Positions 47,755 to 59,101 are shown, numbered from the stretch's first letter. The stretch is 64,000 nt of DNA from an uncultured delta proteobacterium (GCA_963767925.1 CAVYGB010000002.1:1152001-1216000); one strand, 5' to 3'. Program-made: numbers and translations. Notes: generated by a model not told the origin, from the sequence alone.

Positions 47755-49626
47755 TCACTGCGGAAGGGGGAATTCCTTGGGATCCCAGGTGTCGGGCCAG
47801 GTGCAGACTTGCAGACCGAAATCCTGGCAGGTCTGCCCCTCCTGGATGTCGATGGTCTGCTCGCCCAGCTTCGCGCTCACGCTGCACTGGGCGGGGTCCT
47901 GCACGTTCTGGTCGCAGATCTTGATGCAGGTCGCGAGGGGGGTGTAGCAGACGAAGCCCGGGCTCCCCTCGCAGCGCGTGTCGACCCACTTGGTGGGCTC
48001 CTTGCCCATGTTCTCCATGGCCCGCGTGTTGGTCCCCAGGCAGGACTTCTGGCAAAAGCCGCCCCAGGGGGGAAAGCAGCGGTAGCCGTCGGGCGCGAAG
48101 GCGTCGGGCTCCCGCTGGCACTGGGCCACGCCCGGCCCGCAGGCCTGGCCGTAGCCGACGAAGGGGGCGTCGCAAAAGCAGGTGTCGGGGTTGCACTCCA
48201 GCGGCTTGTCGGCCGGGTTGAAGGGATCCCGCTCGGCGTTGCACACCGGATCGCCGGTTGGGTCGGCGACGTAGACGCCGCGGGCGTCCTGGGCCTCCGA
48301 CTTGCCACACTGGCCCGACCGCTCCAGCCGCGAGTACGAGCAGGGCGAGGCCACCCCCCGGGCGGGCAGGTTGTTGACGATCGGCGCGGTCAACGACCGG
48401 GTGCGGGCCACGGCGTTGGTCAGATCGAGATCGTCGATCGACTTCCAGGCCCCCGACTCGTAGTCGTCGGGCGCGGGCACGTCGAACATCCAGCGCATCG
48501 GCGTGTAGCCGGGGGGATCGCCGGCGGTGTGGCGCGGCCGCGAGGAGGTGATGATGTTGTAGGCCACCCGGGTGACGACCGGGGGGTTCACGAAGCTCTG
48601 ATCGTCGATCACGACGGCCGGCTCGTAGGCCCGCCCCACCGGCACCAGCACCCGCTGCGAGGCGTTGGGACCCTCGCCCAGGTTGAGCCGGTTGACGTCG
48701 AAGGTGTCGAGCCGCTCGCTGTCGGAGTTGGCCCAGTAGCGGACCCCGTCCTCCCGGCCCAGCGTCTCCCAGCCGTTGGCCAGGAAGCAGTAGGTGAGCA
48801 GCCGGCGGTACCACAGCTCGATGCGGGGGCGGAAGATGCGGCGGTTGGTCATGCCCCGGTTGACGTAGGTCCGCTCGTCGACCAGCGGGCAGTTGATGAC
48901 CTTTCCGGTGGCGCGCATGCTGAACTTGCCGGCGTCGACCGCCCGCTGCAGGGTCGCCACGTGTTTGATCGAGTCGGGGTCGTAGTCTTCCCTGGCGACG
49001 ACCTCGACGATCTCCCACAGGCCCGTGTACTGGCTGGCCGGTCCGCCCCGGTCGAGCGGGCTCAGATCGATCAAGGGCCGCTGGTAGTCGTCGGAGTTGC
49101 GCTCGGGATCGACGACCGGGTCGCGGCGGCGCAGCGGATAGGACTTCCGGCGCTCCGACTCGTTCACCTTCTTGCAGGCCTCCACCGCCTCCAGGTCGGT
49201 GGCCCCCACGCAATGGTCCTTGGGGTTGGGGTTGAGGACGTCGTGGCCCCCGCGGATCCAGTCGACGCCGTTGCGCACCTCCCGCACCGGCGGGGAGAAG
49301 AGGGGCTTCTCCTGGCGGTCGAAGAAGAAATACATCGGCTGCACCCGCACCGCAGTGGGGATGCCGGTCGTGACGTCGACGACGGTGGGGACGAAGCCGA
49401 AGTCGTAATATTCGGCGGCCTGTCCGTCGAGGAAGCCGGGGTTGGCCTCGAGCTGGTCGGGGATACCGGCGCCCGGATCGGCCTGCGAGCCGCCGTCATA
49501 ATATGACGCGAGATCGAGCACGCCGAACTTCTCGTCGGAGAACTCCTCGTCGCAGCCGGCGACGCCTCCCGCGGCCACCCCCAGGACGATCAGCATGACG
49601 GGGCGGGCAAATTGGGAACGTTTCAT
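47755..49626 (-). CDS. Lipoprotein with duplicated YxxxW-type domain and Cys-rich C-terminus
   Basis: Lipobox VAGC; repeats YTGLWEIVEV...INCP and YTPMRWMFDV...VNNLP; dense Cys in last ~190 aa; 4 nt from the receptor start. Confidence 0.8.
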   Translation of the reverse strand: MKRSQFARPVMLIVLGVAAGGVAGCDEEFSDEKFGVLDLASYYDGGSQADPGAGIPDQLEANPGFLDGQAAEYYDFGFVPTVVDVTTGIPTAVRVQPMYFFFDRQEKPLFSPPVREVRNGVDWIRGGHDVLNPNPKDHCVGATDLEAVEACKKVNESERRKSYPLRRRDPVVDPERNSDDYQRPLIDLSPLDRGGPASQYTGLWEIVEVVAREDYDPDSIKHVATLQRAVDAGKFSMRATGKVINCPLVDERTYVNRGMTNRRIFRPRIELWYRRLLTYCFLANGWETLGREDGVRYWANSDSERLDTFDVNRLNLGEGPNASQRVLVPVGRAYEPAVVIDDQSFVNPPVVTRVAYNIITSSRPRHTAGDPPGYTPMRWMFDVPAPDDYESGAWKSIDDLDLTNAVARTRSLTAPIVNNLPARGVASPCSYSRLERSGQCGKSEAQDARGVYVADPTGDPVCNAERDPFNPADKPLECNPDTCFCDAPFVGYGQACGPGVAQCQREPDAFAPDGYRCFPPWGGFCQKSCLGTNTRAMENMGKEPTKWVDTRCEGSPGFVCYTPLATCIKICDQNVQDPAQCSVSAKLGEQTIDIQEGQTCQDFGLQVCTWPDTWDPKEFPLPQ

Positions 49627-49865
49627 TGCGTATCTCCGAGGCAAGGGCAAACGAGGGCCGCCGGAAGCGTCCCGGTCATTCTTACGCGTTTCCTGGTTCC
49701 GTGAAAAGCAAGCAGCAGCCGCACGAGCCACTCACCACCGGCGCTGAGTGCGCGTCGCTGGGTTTTTGGACACCGCTGCGGCCGGGAAGGGCAGCGGGAG
49801 ATCGGGGCGCGTGTGCGACACACGCCGACGATCAATCACTTCCGTTCACTTCCCTCGACTGCCGT

Positions 49866-51116
49866 TCACTTCGGCAGCACGGGGACGAAGGTGCCGGCGG
49901 CCAGCGCGGTGACGCCGGGCTCGACGACGAGGAAGGCGTCGGCCGCGGCCAGTGACGCGAGATCGCCCGAGCCCTGCGAGACCACCGGCCGGACGCCGGG
50001 CGGCCCGGGGCTGCCCGCCGGGTCGGCCGGCTCGAGGCGAGCGGGCGCGAACACGGTGAGCGGCAGCTTGCGCTGCGCGTAGTCACCGCGCAGCCGCGCG
50101 CAGAGCAGCGCCAGCGGCGCCACCCCGCGCCGACCACCGGCGAGCTCGAGCGCCGGGCGGGCGAACAGCTCGAAGGTCACCAGCGCCGACAGCGGGTTGC
50201 CCGGCAGCCCGAAGAACGGTTTTTCTCCCACGAACCCGAAGACCAGCGGCCGCCCGGGCCGGATGTCGACGGCGTCGAACACGATCCGGGCCGACAGGCG
50301 GGCCAGGGCCGGCTCGACGTGGTCGTGTTTGCCCATCGAGACGCCGCCGCTGACCAGCACGAGGTCGGCCGCCGCCACCGCCTCGGCCAGGCGGTCCTCG
50401 ATGGCCGCGAGATCGTCGCGGACGACGGGAAAAGGGACCACCTCGCCCCCCGCCCGAACGATCTGTGCCGCGAGCGCATGGCGGTTCGAGTCGCGGATCT
50501 GGCTGCCGGTGGGCGTCTCGTCGACCCCCACCAGCTCGTCCCCGGTCGACAGCACCGCCACCTTCGGCCGGGCGAACACCGCCGGGCGGGCGCAGCCCAG
50601 CGCCGCCAGCAGGCCGACGGTCGACGGGTCGATCACCTGCCCCGCCGCCAGGGCCAGCGCCCCCGCCGCCAGCTCGCTGCCCCGGGGCACCACGTTTTCA
50701 CCGGGGCCCACCGCCCGCCGGATCAGCACCTGCTCGGCGCGGGGCCGCTCGGTGTGCTCCACCATGACCACCGCGTCGGCCCCCTCGGGCAAGGGCGCGC
50801 CGGTCATGATCTCGATGCAGCTCCCCGGCCCCAGCGTCCCCTGCCAGACACCGCCGGCCGCCGCCTCCCCCCGCACCGCCAGGGTCACGCCCGCCGCCGC
50901 CACCCCCGCCACGTCGGCGCTGCGGACCGCGAACCCGTCGCGGGTCGAGCGGTGAAAGGGCGGCTGATCGCGATTGGCGTGGACCGGCCGGGCCAGCACC
51001 CGCGCGAGCGCCTCGCCCAGGGGCACCTCCTGCGCGCGGGGCCCCGGCCCCCCGTCGCGGGCCCGGGTCACCTCCGCCACCACCTTGGCCCGGGCCTCGG
51101 TCAGAGAAAGCGACAT
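49866..51116 (-). CDS. moeA: Molybdopterin molybdotransferase MoeA
   Basis: PPFHRSTRDGFAV, IMTGAPLPEGADAVVMVE, STGDEL, SGGVSMG, GLPGNP. Confidence 0.95.
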   Translation of the reverse strand: MSLSLTEARAKVVAEVTRARDGGPGPRAQEVPLGEALARVLARPVHANRDQPPFHRSTRDGFAVRSADVAGVAAAGVTLAVRGEAAAGGVWQGTLGPGSCIEIMTGAPLPEGADAVVMVEHTERPRAEQVLIRRAVGPGENVVPRGSELAAGALALAAGQVIDPSTVGLLAALGCARPAVFARPKVAVLSTGDELVGVDETPTGSQIRDSNRHALAAQIVRAGGEVVPFPVVRDDLAAIEDRLAEAVAAADLVLVSGGVSMGKHDHVEPALARLSARIVFDAVDIRPGRPLVFGFVGEKPFFGLPGNPLSALVTFELFARPALELAGGRRGVAPLALLCARLRGDYAQRKLPLTVFAPARLEPADPAGSPGPPGVRPVVSQGSGDLASLAAADAFLVVEPGVTALAAGTFVPVLPK

Positions 51117-51195
51117 GGGCCGACTCTATAAACAAGGGAAACTGCGGTCGAGACCCGGCGGGCGGTTACACTGGCGTTTCGTTCAGCTTCCCCCC

Positions 51196-53742
51196 ATGCC
51201 CGCGCTCTCCCCTCCCGCCGATGCCAGCAGCGACGCCCTGCTGGGCGCCTTCCTCGACTACGTGCAGAGCCTCGGGATCGAGCTCTACCCCGCCCAGGAA
51301 GAGGCGGTCTTCGAGGTCCTCGCCGGCAAGCACCTGGTGTTGACCACCCCCACCGGCTCGGGCAAGTCGCTCGTCGCCACCGCCTTCCTCTTCAAGGCCC
51401 TGGCCGAGGGGCGGCGCGGCTTCTGGAGCTGCCCGGTCAAGGCCCTGGTCAACGAGAAGTTCTTCGACCTGTGCAACGCCTTCGGCCCCGAGCAGGTGGG
51501 CCTGCTGACCGGCGACGCCAGCGTCAACCGCGACGCCCCCATCCTGTGCGGCACCGCCGAGGTGCTGGCCAACATGGCCGTGCGCAGCCTGCGCTCGCCC
51601 GCCGACTACGTCGTGATGGACGAGTTCCACTACTACGCCGACCGGGACCGCGGCCTGGCCTGGCAGCTCCCGCTCATCACCCTCAAGGACACGACCTTCC
51701 TCCTGATGTCCGCCACCCTCGGCGACACCGTCCCCATCGAGCGCAGCCTGGAGGGCTTCAGCGGGCGGGAGGTGGCGGTGGTGCGCGGCATGACCCGCCC
51801 GGTGCCGCTCGACTTCGAGTACCGGGACACGCCCCTGCACGAGACCATCGCCGACCTCATCCGCCAGGGGCGGGCCCCCATCTACCTGGTCAACTTCACG
51901 CAGCGGGCCGCCGCCGAGGAGGTGCAGAACCTCATGAGCGTCGACCTGTCGAGCAAGCCGGAGAAGGAGGCCGTCAAGGAGGCCCTGCGCGGCGAGCGGT
52001 TCGCCAGCCCCTACGGCAAGGAGATGCAGAAGTTCCTGCGCCACGGCCTGGGGCTGCACCACGCCGGCCTGCTGCCCCGCTACCGGCGGCTGTGCGAGCG
52101 GCTGGCCCAGAAGGGCCTGCTCAAGGTCGTCAGCGGCACCGACACCCTGGGGGTGGGGGTCAACATCCCCATCCGCACCGTGCTGTTCACCCAGCTGTGC
52201 AAGTACGACGGCGAGAAGGACGTGTTGCTGTCGGTGCGCGAGCTCAAGCAGATCGCCGGTCGAGCCGGGCGCAAGGGGTTCGACGATCGGGGCTGGGTGG
52301 TGTCGCAGGCCCCCGAACACGTCATCGAGAACAAGCGCCTGGCCGCCAAGGCCGCCGGCGGCAAGAAGGTCCACAAGCAGAAGCCGCCCGACAAGGGCTA
52401 CGTCCACTGGGACAAGGGGACCTTCGACCGCCTGGTGGGCGGCACCCCCGAGCCGCTCGAGTCGCGCTTCGCCGTCAGCCACAGCCTGCTGCTGTCGCTG
52501 CTGCAGGGTGAGCAGGGCGACCCCCGCCGGGGCGGCGGCTACCGCCGGCTGCTCGACCTCATCGCCGTCAGCCACGAGAGCCCCACCGCCAAGCGCCGCT
52601 GGAAGCGCACCGCCGCCGAGGCCTTCCGCACCCTGCGCCGGGCCGGCCTGGTCGAGCTGGCCCGCGACGATCGCGCGCGCAACCCCTACCCGGTCCCCCA
52701 CTCCTCGCTCCAGCGCGACTTCTCCCTGCACCACACCCTGTCGCTCTATCTCGTCGACACGCTGGCCCTGCTCGACCCCGCGCTCGAGACCTACCCCCTC
52801 GACGTGCTGTCGCTGGTCGAGGCGGTGCTGGAGAACCCCCGCCCGGTGCTGATGGCCCAGCTCTCCCGCCTCAAGGATGAGACCATCCAGCGGCTCAAGG
52901 CCGAGGGGGTGGAGTACGAGCAGCGCATGGAGCAGCTCGAGGCGCTCGAGTGGCCCAAGCCCAACCGCGAGTTCATCTACGACACCTTCAACGCCTTCTC
53001 CGATCGCCACCCCTGGGTGGGCAGCGAGAACATCGCCCCCAAGTCGATCGCCCGCGAGATCCTCGAGCGCTTCACCAGCTTCGGCGAATACGTGCGCGAA
53101 TACGGCCTGCAGCGATCGGAGGGCGTGCTCCTGCGCTACCTCAGCGAGACCTACAAGGCGATGGCCCAGAGCGTGCCCGCCCGCTTCCGCAGCCCCGAGG
53201 TGGAGGAGCTGACCCTCACCCTGGGAAGCCTGGTGCGCGGCACCGACGCCAGCCTGCTCGAGGAGTGGGAGACCATGGTCGACCCCGACAGCAAGGCGCC
53301 GGCCGCCGCCGACGGCGAGGGGGCCCTGCCCGGCGGCCGCCCGCGCGAGGTGGCGCCGCTGGCCGACCCGCGCATCCTGGCCGCCCGGGTGCGCACCGAC
53401 CTTCACCGGCTGCTGGGCGCCCTGGCCCGCAAGGACTACGAGGAGGCGGTCATGGCCCTGCGCGCGCCGCTGGCCCCCGGCGACACGGAGTGGACCCCCG
53501 ACCGCATCGGCGCCGCCATGCTCCCGTTTTACGAGGACCACAGCCGCATCGTGACCACGCCCGCCGCCCGCCACCCCCGCCACACCGAGATGAAGCCGAT
53601 GGGCGATCGGGTCTGGGCGGTCGAGCAGCGCCTGATCGATCCCGAGGGCCACGACGACTGGGCCATCCACGCCACCGTCGATCTCAGCGCGGGCGTGCCC
53701 AACGACGGCCCCCTCATCCAGCTCGACCGGCTGGGCGTGTGA
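51196..53742 (+). CDS. Ski2-like DEAD/DEAH helicase with DUF3516
   Basis: PTGSGKS, KALVNEKF, DEFH, MSAT, HHAGLLP, TDTLGVGVN, QIAGRAGRKG, RSEGVLLRYL. Confidence 0.9.
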   Translation: MPALSPPADASSDALLGAFLDYVQSLGIELYPAQEEAVFEVLAGKHLVLTTPTGSGKSLVATAFLFKALAEGRRGFWSCPVKALVNEKFFDLCNAFGPEQVGLLTGDASVNRDAPILCGTAEVLANMAVRSLRSPADYVVMDEFHYYADRDRGLAWQLPLITLKDTTFLLMSATLGDTVPIERSLEGFSGREVAVVRGMTRPVPLDFEYRDTPLHETIADLIRQGRAPIYLVNFTQRAAAEEVQNLMSVDLSSKPEKEAVKEALRGERFASPYGKEMQKFLRHGLGLHHAGLLPRYRRLCERLAQKGLLKVVSGTDTLGVGVNIPIRTVLFTQLCKYDGEKDVLLSVRELKQIAGRAGRKGFDDRGWVVSQAPEHVIENKRLAAKAAGGKKVHKQKPPDKGYVHWDKGTFDRLVGGTPEPLESRFAVSHSLLLSLLQGEQGDPRRGGGYRRLLDLIAVSHESPTAKRRWKRTAAEAFRTLRRAGLVELARDDRARNPYPVPHSSLQRDFSLHHTLSLYLVDTLALLDPALETYPLDVLSLVEAVLENPRPVLMAQLSRLKDETIQRLKAEGVEYEQRMEQLEALEWPKPNREFIYDTFNAFSDRHPWVGSENIAPKSIAREILERFTSFGEYVREYGLQRSEGVLLRYLSETYKAMAQSVPARFRSPEVEELTLTLGSLVRGTDASLLEEWETMVDPDSKAPAAADGEGALPGGRPREVAPLADPRILAARVRTDLHRLLGALARKDYEEAVMALRAPLAPGDTEWTPDRIGAAMLPFYEDHSRIVTTPAARHPRHTEMKPMGDRVWAVEQRLIDPEGHDDWAIHATVDLSAGVPNDGPLIQLDRLGV

Positions 53743-53766
53743 CGCCCGGCCCGGGCCCGGCCTGCC

Positions 53767-54255
53767 TCACTCGTCGTCGTAAAACAGCGAATCGCGCTGG
53801 TCGAGGAACTCGGCGATGGCCGCCTTCGCCTCGGGCGTCAGGTTGACGAACTTCAGGCCCATGCCCTCGGGCGCGTCGGTGCGCATGGTGCGCGGATCCC
53901 GCACCCAGCGCACCTGCGCCTCGACGTCCATCGGCAAGTTGCGGCCGGGCAGCAAGAACTTGATGTGGATCCGGTCGCCCACCTCGTAGGTCACGCCGGT
54001 GGCCACGAAGATGCCACCCGAGCTGATATCGCGCGTCAGCCCGGTGTAGAAGTTGTGGTCGGATTCCATCCCGATCTCCACCTCCAGCTCGATCCGGCGG
54101 TTGGTCCGGCGGTTGTCGTGCTTGGGGGCGCCGTGGGATCCCGTCTGGGCGTGTGGCTGTGGCTGGGCCGGCGCCTGGGGGGGGGGCTGGGCCTGGGGTC
54201 GGGTCTGCGGCTCGGGAGAATCCTTCTGGGGAGCAACAAATCGATGGATGGCCAC
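53767..54255 (-). CDS. PilZ-domain protein (TIGR02266 myxobacterial type)
   Basis: RRTNRR and DISSGG c-di-GMP motifs; NFYTG; GMGLKF; RDSLFYD. Confidence 0.88.
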   Translation of the reverse strand: MAIHRFVAPQKDSPEPQTRPQAQPPPQAPAQPQPHAQTGSHGAPKHDNRRTNRRIELEVEIGMESDHNFYTGLTRDISSGGIFVATGVTYEVGDRIHIKFLLPGRNLPMDVEAQVRWVRDPRTMRTDAPEGMGLKFVNLTPEAKAAIAEFLDQRDSLFYDDE

Positions 54256-54287
54256 GCCGAAGAGATCGGCAGTCCGCCGGGACCTCT

Positions 54288-55826
54288 TTAGGTGGGGCCT
54301 CCGCGGTCTCCCTGGTCCCCGCGCGGGTGTTGTACAGCCCCGCGGTCGCGCTCCGCGCTCGCCGCCTGCGAGCTCTTCAGCACGAAGTCGACGTTCGGCG
54401 TGGTCCTGGCCTTCACGTAGATCTGATACGAGAAAAGCGTCTTGCTGACCGCGATGAGGGCCAGGTTGATCCGCAGCGCCGTCCGCCCCAGCAACCCGTC
54501 GCCGAGCGCCTTGGGGAAGGGCGCCGGCACCCCCTTGACCTCCTCGATGACGAAGCCGGCGTCGCGCAGCAGCCGCTGCAGCCCGCGGAAGGTGAACAGG
54601 CGAGTGTGGGTCCGGTCGAGGATCCCCTGCTTGCCGTAGTTGAACTGCCCGAACAGCAACATCAGCCGCTGCACCACGAAGGCCACGTTGGGCGTCGTCA
54701 GGACCATCGTCCGGTCGTTGTAGTCGAACTTGTCCCGCAGGCGATCGAGGAAGCGCTCGGGATCGCGCAGGTGCTCGATCACGTCGAGCAGCAGGAGGAA
54801 CCGTAGGGCGACACCTCGAAGCCGAGCTCGTCCTCCAGGTCCTGGACGTGGACCTTCACCCCGTTGGTCGCCCCCGGCGCGGGGAAGCGATCGACCACCG
54901 CCACCTGGCAGCCCTTGCGGGCCAGCTCGCCGGCGATCCCCGCCGGCCCCGCGCCGATGTCGAGCACCGAGGCCCCCGCCGGAACGGCGTCCAGCGCGTA
55001 GCTGTGGCTGCTGGCGTAGCCGAGCTTCAGGTCGTAGTGGCTGTTGTCCTGGGCGTCGGTGTCGAAGCGACGCTGGTAGAGGATCTGCGACCGGTGCAGG
55101 ACGTTCTGCAGGGTCGCCAGCACGACGTCCTTGGCGTACTTCATGCCGTTGACCCGGGAGATCTCGTCCCCGTAGTAGGTGGGGATCGGCTTTTCCAGGA
55201 TGCGCCCGCCGGCGTTGAGCACCTGGATGATGATCTCGGTGTCGAAGTGAAAGTCGTTGGAGTTGAGGCGGAAGGGGATCCGCCGCAGCAGCGCCACCGA
55301 GTAGACCCGGTAGCCGCTGTGGAACTCGGACAGCTTCGTGCGCAGCAGCCGGTTCTGGATGGTGCTGAGGATCTTGTTGCCGACGTACTTGTAGAGCGGC
55401 ATCCCGCCCCTGCAGGGCCCCGAAGCGATCCATCATGCGGCTGCCGAACACCGCGTCCGCCTCCCCATCGCGCAGCGGCGCCACCAGCCCCGGCAGCTCC
55501 TCGGGCGCGTATTGCCCGTCGCCGTGGACCATGGCCACGAAGTCGAACCCGCGCGCGATGGCGAACGAGTAGCCGACCTTCTGGTTGCCCCCGTACCCCT
55601 GGTTGAAGGCGTTGCGCAGCACCGTCATGCGCATCTCCGGATGCGCCGCCCGGTACTCCTTGCCGATCTCGAAGGTGCGGTCCTCGGAGGCATCGTCGAC
55701 GACCAGGACCTCGCAGTCGTAGTCGTCGAACACGGAGCGGGGGATCCGCTCGAGGACCTGCGCGAGCGTCTTGTCCGCGTAATACGCGATGACGAACACG
55801 AGCAGGCGAGGCTTTTTCGGGGTCAC
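54288..55826 (-). CDS. Bifunctional GT2 glycosyltransferase / class I SAM methyltransferase (two compensating apparent frameshifts near 55400 and 54800)
   Basis: VVDDAS, GYGGNQK, HGDGQY, EFHSGYR, VLDIGAG, DVIEHL, GILDRTHTRLFT. Confidence 0.88.
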   Translation of the reverse strand: MTPKKPRLLVFVIAYYADKTLAQVLERIPRSVFDDYDCEVLVVDDASEDRTFEIGKEYRAAHPEMRMTVLRNAFNQGYGGNQKVGYSFAIARGFDFVAMVHGDGQYAPEELPGLVAPLRDGEADAVFGSRMMDRFGALQGRDAALQVRRQQDPQHHPEPAAAHEAVRVPQRLPGLLGGAAAADPLPPQLQRLSLRHRDHHPGAQRRRAHPGKADPHLLRGRDLPGQRHEVRQGRRAGDPAERPAPVADPLPASLRHRRPGQQPLRPEARLRQQPQLRAGRRSGGGLGARHRRGAGGDRRRAGPQGLPGGGGRSLPRAGGDQRGEGPRPGPGGRARLRGVALRFLLLLDVIEHLRDPERFLDRLRDKFDYNDRTMVLTTPNVAFVVQRLMLLFGQFNYGKQGILDRTHTRLFTFRGLQRLLRDAGFVIEEVKGVPAPFPKALGDGLLGRTALRINLALIAVSKTLFSYQIYVKARTTPNVDFVLKSSQAASAERDRGAVQHPRGDQGDRGGPT

Positions 55827-55938
55827 GTTGGCCGGACCGACATATCACGAAAGTGGCCCCCGCACCGCTGGGTAGCCACGTCTCTTCGGGAAATTCGGCG
55901 CCCCGCGCCGGAGATCCGGGGCGTGCGCCCGGTCCGAG

Positions 55939-56042
<104 letters not shown>

Positions 56043-56067
56043 TCGCCGAATCTCCGGCAGCAGGCCG

Positions 56068-56685
56068 TCAAACCTCGGACAGCGCCAGCAGCGCGGGCCC
56101 GGCCGCCGAGCCGCCCACCTGGTAGCGGTTCCCGCAGCGCCCGCAGGTCAGGGCCGCCCCCGGCGCCTGGGCCGCCGCCGGAGGCAACACCTCCCCACAC
56201 CGGCACACCCACCCCGACAAGCGCCCCGGCACCCCCAGCACCAGCGCATGCGCCGGCACATCCCGGGTCACCACGGCACCCGCCCCCACCAGCGCAAACG
56301 CCCCCACCGTCACCCCACACACCACGGTCGCGTTGGCCCCGATGCTCGCCCCCCGCCCCACCCGCGTCTCCGCGTACGCCTCCTTGCGGTTGACGAACGC
56401 CCGCGGGTTGACGACGTTGGTGAACACCGCCGAGGGCCCCACGAACACGTCGTCCTCCAGCACGACAGCGTCGTAGACCGAGACGTTGTTCTGGATCTTG
56501 CACCCCGCCCCCACCACCGCCCGCCCCCCCACGAACACGTTCTGCCCCAGCGAGCACCCCGCCCCGACCCGCGCCCCGGTCATCACATGACAGAAGTGCC
56601 AGATCTTCGTGCCTGGTCCGATCTCGGCAGGAAGGTCTATAATCGCGCTGGGGTGAGCCCAGTAGTCACCGCCGCTGTCTCCCAT
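56068..56685 (-). CDS. Hexapeptide-repeat N-acetyltransferase (WbpD/WlbB-like)
   Basis: TKIWHFCHV, SLGQNVFV, KIQNNVSVY, VFTNVVNPR, GWVCRCG...CGRCG. Confidence 0.9.
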   Translation of the reverse strand: MGDSGGDYWAHPSAIIDLPAEIGPGTKIWHFCHVMTGARVGAGCSLGQNVFVGGRAVVGAGCKIQNNVSVYDAVVLEDDVFVGPSAVFTNVVNPRAFVNRKEAYAETRVGRGASIGANATVVCGVTVGAFALVGAGAVVTRDVPAHALVLGVPGRLSGWVCRCGEVLPPAAAQAPGAALTCGRCGNRYQVGGSAAGPALLALSEV

Positions 56686-56741
56686 GAACAAGCCTACCGC
56701 GCGGGCGCCGCTGGCGTAAACCGGCCCCGGGGAGTTGAGCC

Positions 56742-59101
56742 ATGAAATCCGAATCCGCCTCCGCCTCCCCGAAGGCCAGAGCTGCCACCAGCCGCTTCTG
56801 GCGCCGCTTCACCCAGTACGCGATGCTCGTCATCGTCCTGGGCGCCCCCCTCCTGTTCGGAGGCGGCCCCACCTGGGTGCAGGCCACCCTGTCGTCCGCC
56901 GCCATGCTGGTCGCCCTGGCCTGGGTAATCTCCCGCAACGGCGAAGTGGTCGGCGTCCCCTTCGCCGGCGTCGCCGCCCTCGCCGTCCTGGTGACCCTCG
57001 TGCAGCTCGTGCCCCTGCCCGCCGGCCTGGTGGGCCTCCTGTCCCCCCGCGCCCTCGAGCTGCGCAGCGAAGCCGCCGGCACCGCGGTGGCGTTCTTGCC
57101 CCTGACCCTCGACGTGCCCGGCACCCTGCTGGCCGCGCTCAAGGGGATGGCCTGCCTGGCCATCCTGCTGGTTGGCGCCAGCGCCACCCACTCGCGCGGT
57201 CGCAGCGGCACCTTCGCCCTGGCCCTGGTGTTCGTCGGCGGCGCCGTGGCCCTGCTGTCGATCGTGCAGCGCACCCTGGGGATCGGCGAGATCTACGGCT
57301 TTTACAAGGTGGCCGACATGCCCGGCTCGGGCGTCTTCGGATCCTTCGTCAGCGGCAACCACGCCGCCTCCCTGTTCACCCTCGGCGGCCTGCTCGCCAT
57401 CGGCTGCGCCCGCGAGACCGAGGGGACCCTCAAGGGCGCCGTCGGCGTGGCCGGCCTGCTGTGTGCGGTGGGCCTGGTCAGCACCGGCTCGCGCGGCGGC
57501 GTCATGGGCGCCGCCGCCGCCCTGCTGGTGATGGCCATCCTGTGGCTCGCCCAGCGCTTCGGCCGCAACGTCGCCGTCGGCGCCGGCGCCGGCCTGCTGG
57601 TGGTGGGCCTGCCCTCCGCCCTCCTGCTCGCCCTCGGCCTGCGCGGCCAGGTCCACGGCGGCACCGTGGACGCGATCCTCAGCGGACAGAAGGTGCGCGG
57701 CTGGCTCGACGGCCTCGCCCTCACCGCCGAGTTCCCCTGGACCGGCGTGGGCCGGGGCGCCTTCGAGGCCCCCGCCACCGCCTACCGGGTCAACCCCGAG
57801 TCCATGCGCCTGGTGTTCCCCGAGAACATCCTGGTCCAGCTCATGTCCGAGTGGGGCATCCCGATCGCCCTGGCCCTCATCGCCCTGTTCGTCGCCACCG
57901 CCGTCACCGTCGCCCGCCGCATCAGCCGCTGGGAGCCGGTGTTCCAGGCCGCCGCCTGCGCCGTCCTGGCCATCGTCGTCCACGAGCTGGCCGACTTCGG
58001 CCTGGAAGTCCCCGGCGTCGCCTTCCCGACCGCCCTGGTCCTCGGCCTCGTCGCCGGCCGCCTGCAGGTCTCCCGCTCCGCCGCCCCCAGCGAGCAGCCC
58101 GCCCGCCTCCGCTGGCCCATCGCCGCCCCCGCCATGGCCGTCGGCCTCGCCCTCGCCGCCGCCAGCCCCTGGGCCACCCGCCACACCCTGGAAGCCGACG
58201 GCGAACGCGCCGCCGCCCTCACCGCCGCCGCCGCCCCCACCGCCGCCGCCGACGCCCGCGCCTCCATCGCGCGCCACCCCGCCGACTACTACTCCGAGAT
58301 GATCGCCGCCGAGGGCGAACGCCCCACCCGCTCCCCCGCCGGCCTCAAACACCTCAACCGCGCCCAACGCCTCTTCCCCGGCTCCCACGCCCCCCACCTC
58401 GAAGCCGGCCGCTACCTCATGTCCCTCGGCCGCGCGTCGCAGGCGGCCCTGGAGTATCGGCTGGCGGCGGAGCGGGGGGCGGTGATGGACAACTACGATC
58501 TTCTCGCGAGGGTTGGTTTCAAGAATCTGGAGAACGCCGTCCCGCGGCGCCCGGACGCTCTGCATGAAGCTCGGGCACTTCCTGGCGGGTCACCGCGCGT
58601 CCAGGAGGCCGACGCCGCCACCGCCCGCGCCGTCGAGCTGGCCGGCGGCGACGAAGCGAGCCGCATGGAGCGCCTGCAGGTCGCTCTGTCCACGCGGGAC
58701 CGCGCGTTCACGCAGCCGGGCCGCCACCGAGCCTGAGCCGGGTCGCGAGCAGCGCGCGCGCCCTGGAGCTGGCCGCCGAAGGCCTGGCCACCGGTGGCGA
58801 CCTTCCGGCCGCCCGCACCCTCCTTCGGCGCGCGATGGAGAACCACCCCTCCGACGGGTCGCTCGTCCTCCGGGCCGCGCGCATCCAGTTCCAGCACGGC
58901 GACCTGACCGGCGCCCGCGACCTCCTGGTCGGACCCTCCATCGCGAGCTTCCCGCTGGCCGACCGGGTCGCCGCCGAGCAACTCCTCGCCGACATCGCCG
59001 TCAAGGAAGGCCAACCCGACATGGCCAAGGCCGCCCGCGTCCGGGCCCGCATGCTGGGCCGTCTGATCCAGGACGGCATTCCGCGCACGCAGAACCCCTG
59101 A
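56742..59101 (+). CDS. O-antigen ligase/Wzy_C family membrane protein with C-terminal TPR region (apparent frameshifts after ~58570)
   Basis: Many TM segments; GSFVSGNH, STGSRGG, FPWTGVGRGAF, PENILVQLMSEWG, HELADF; TPR-like remnants continue to 59101. Confidence 0.82.
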
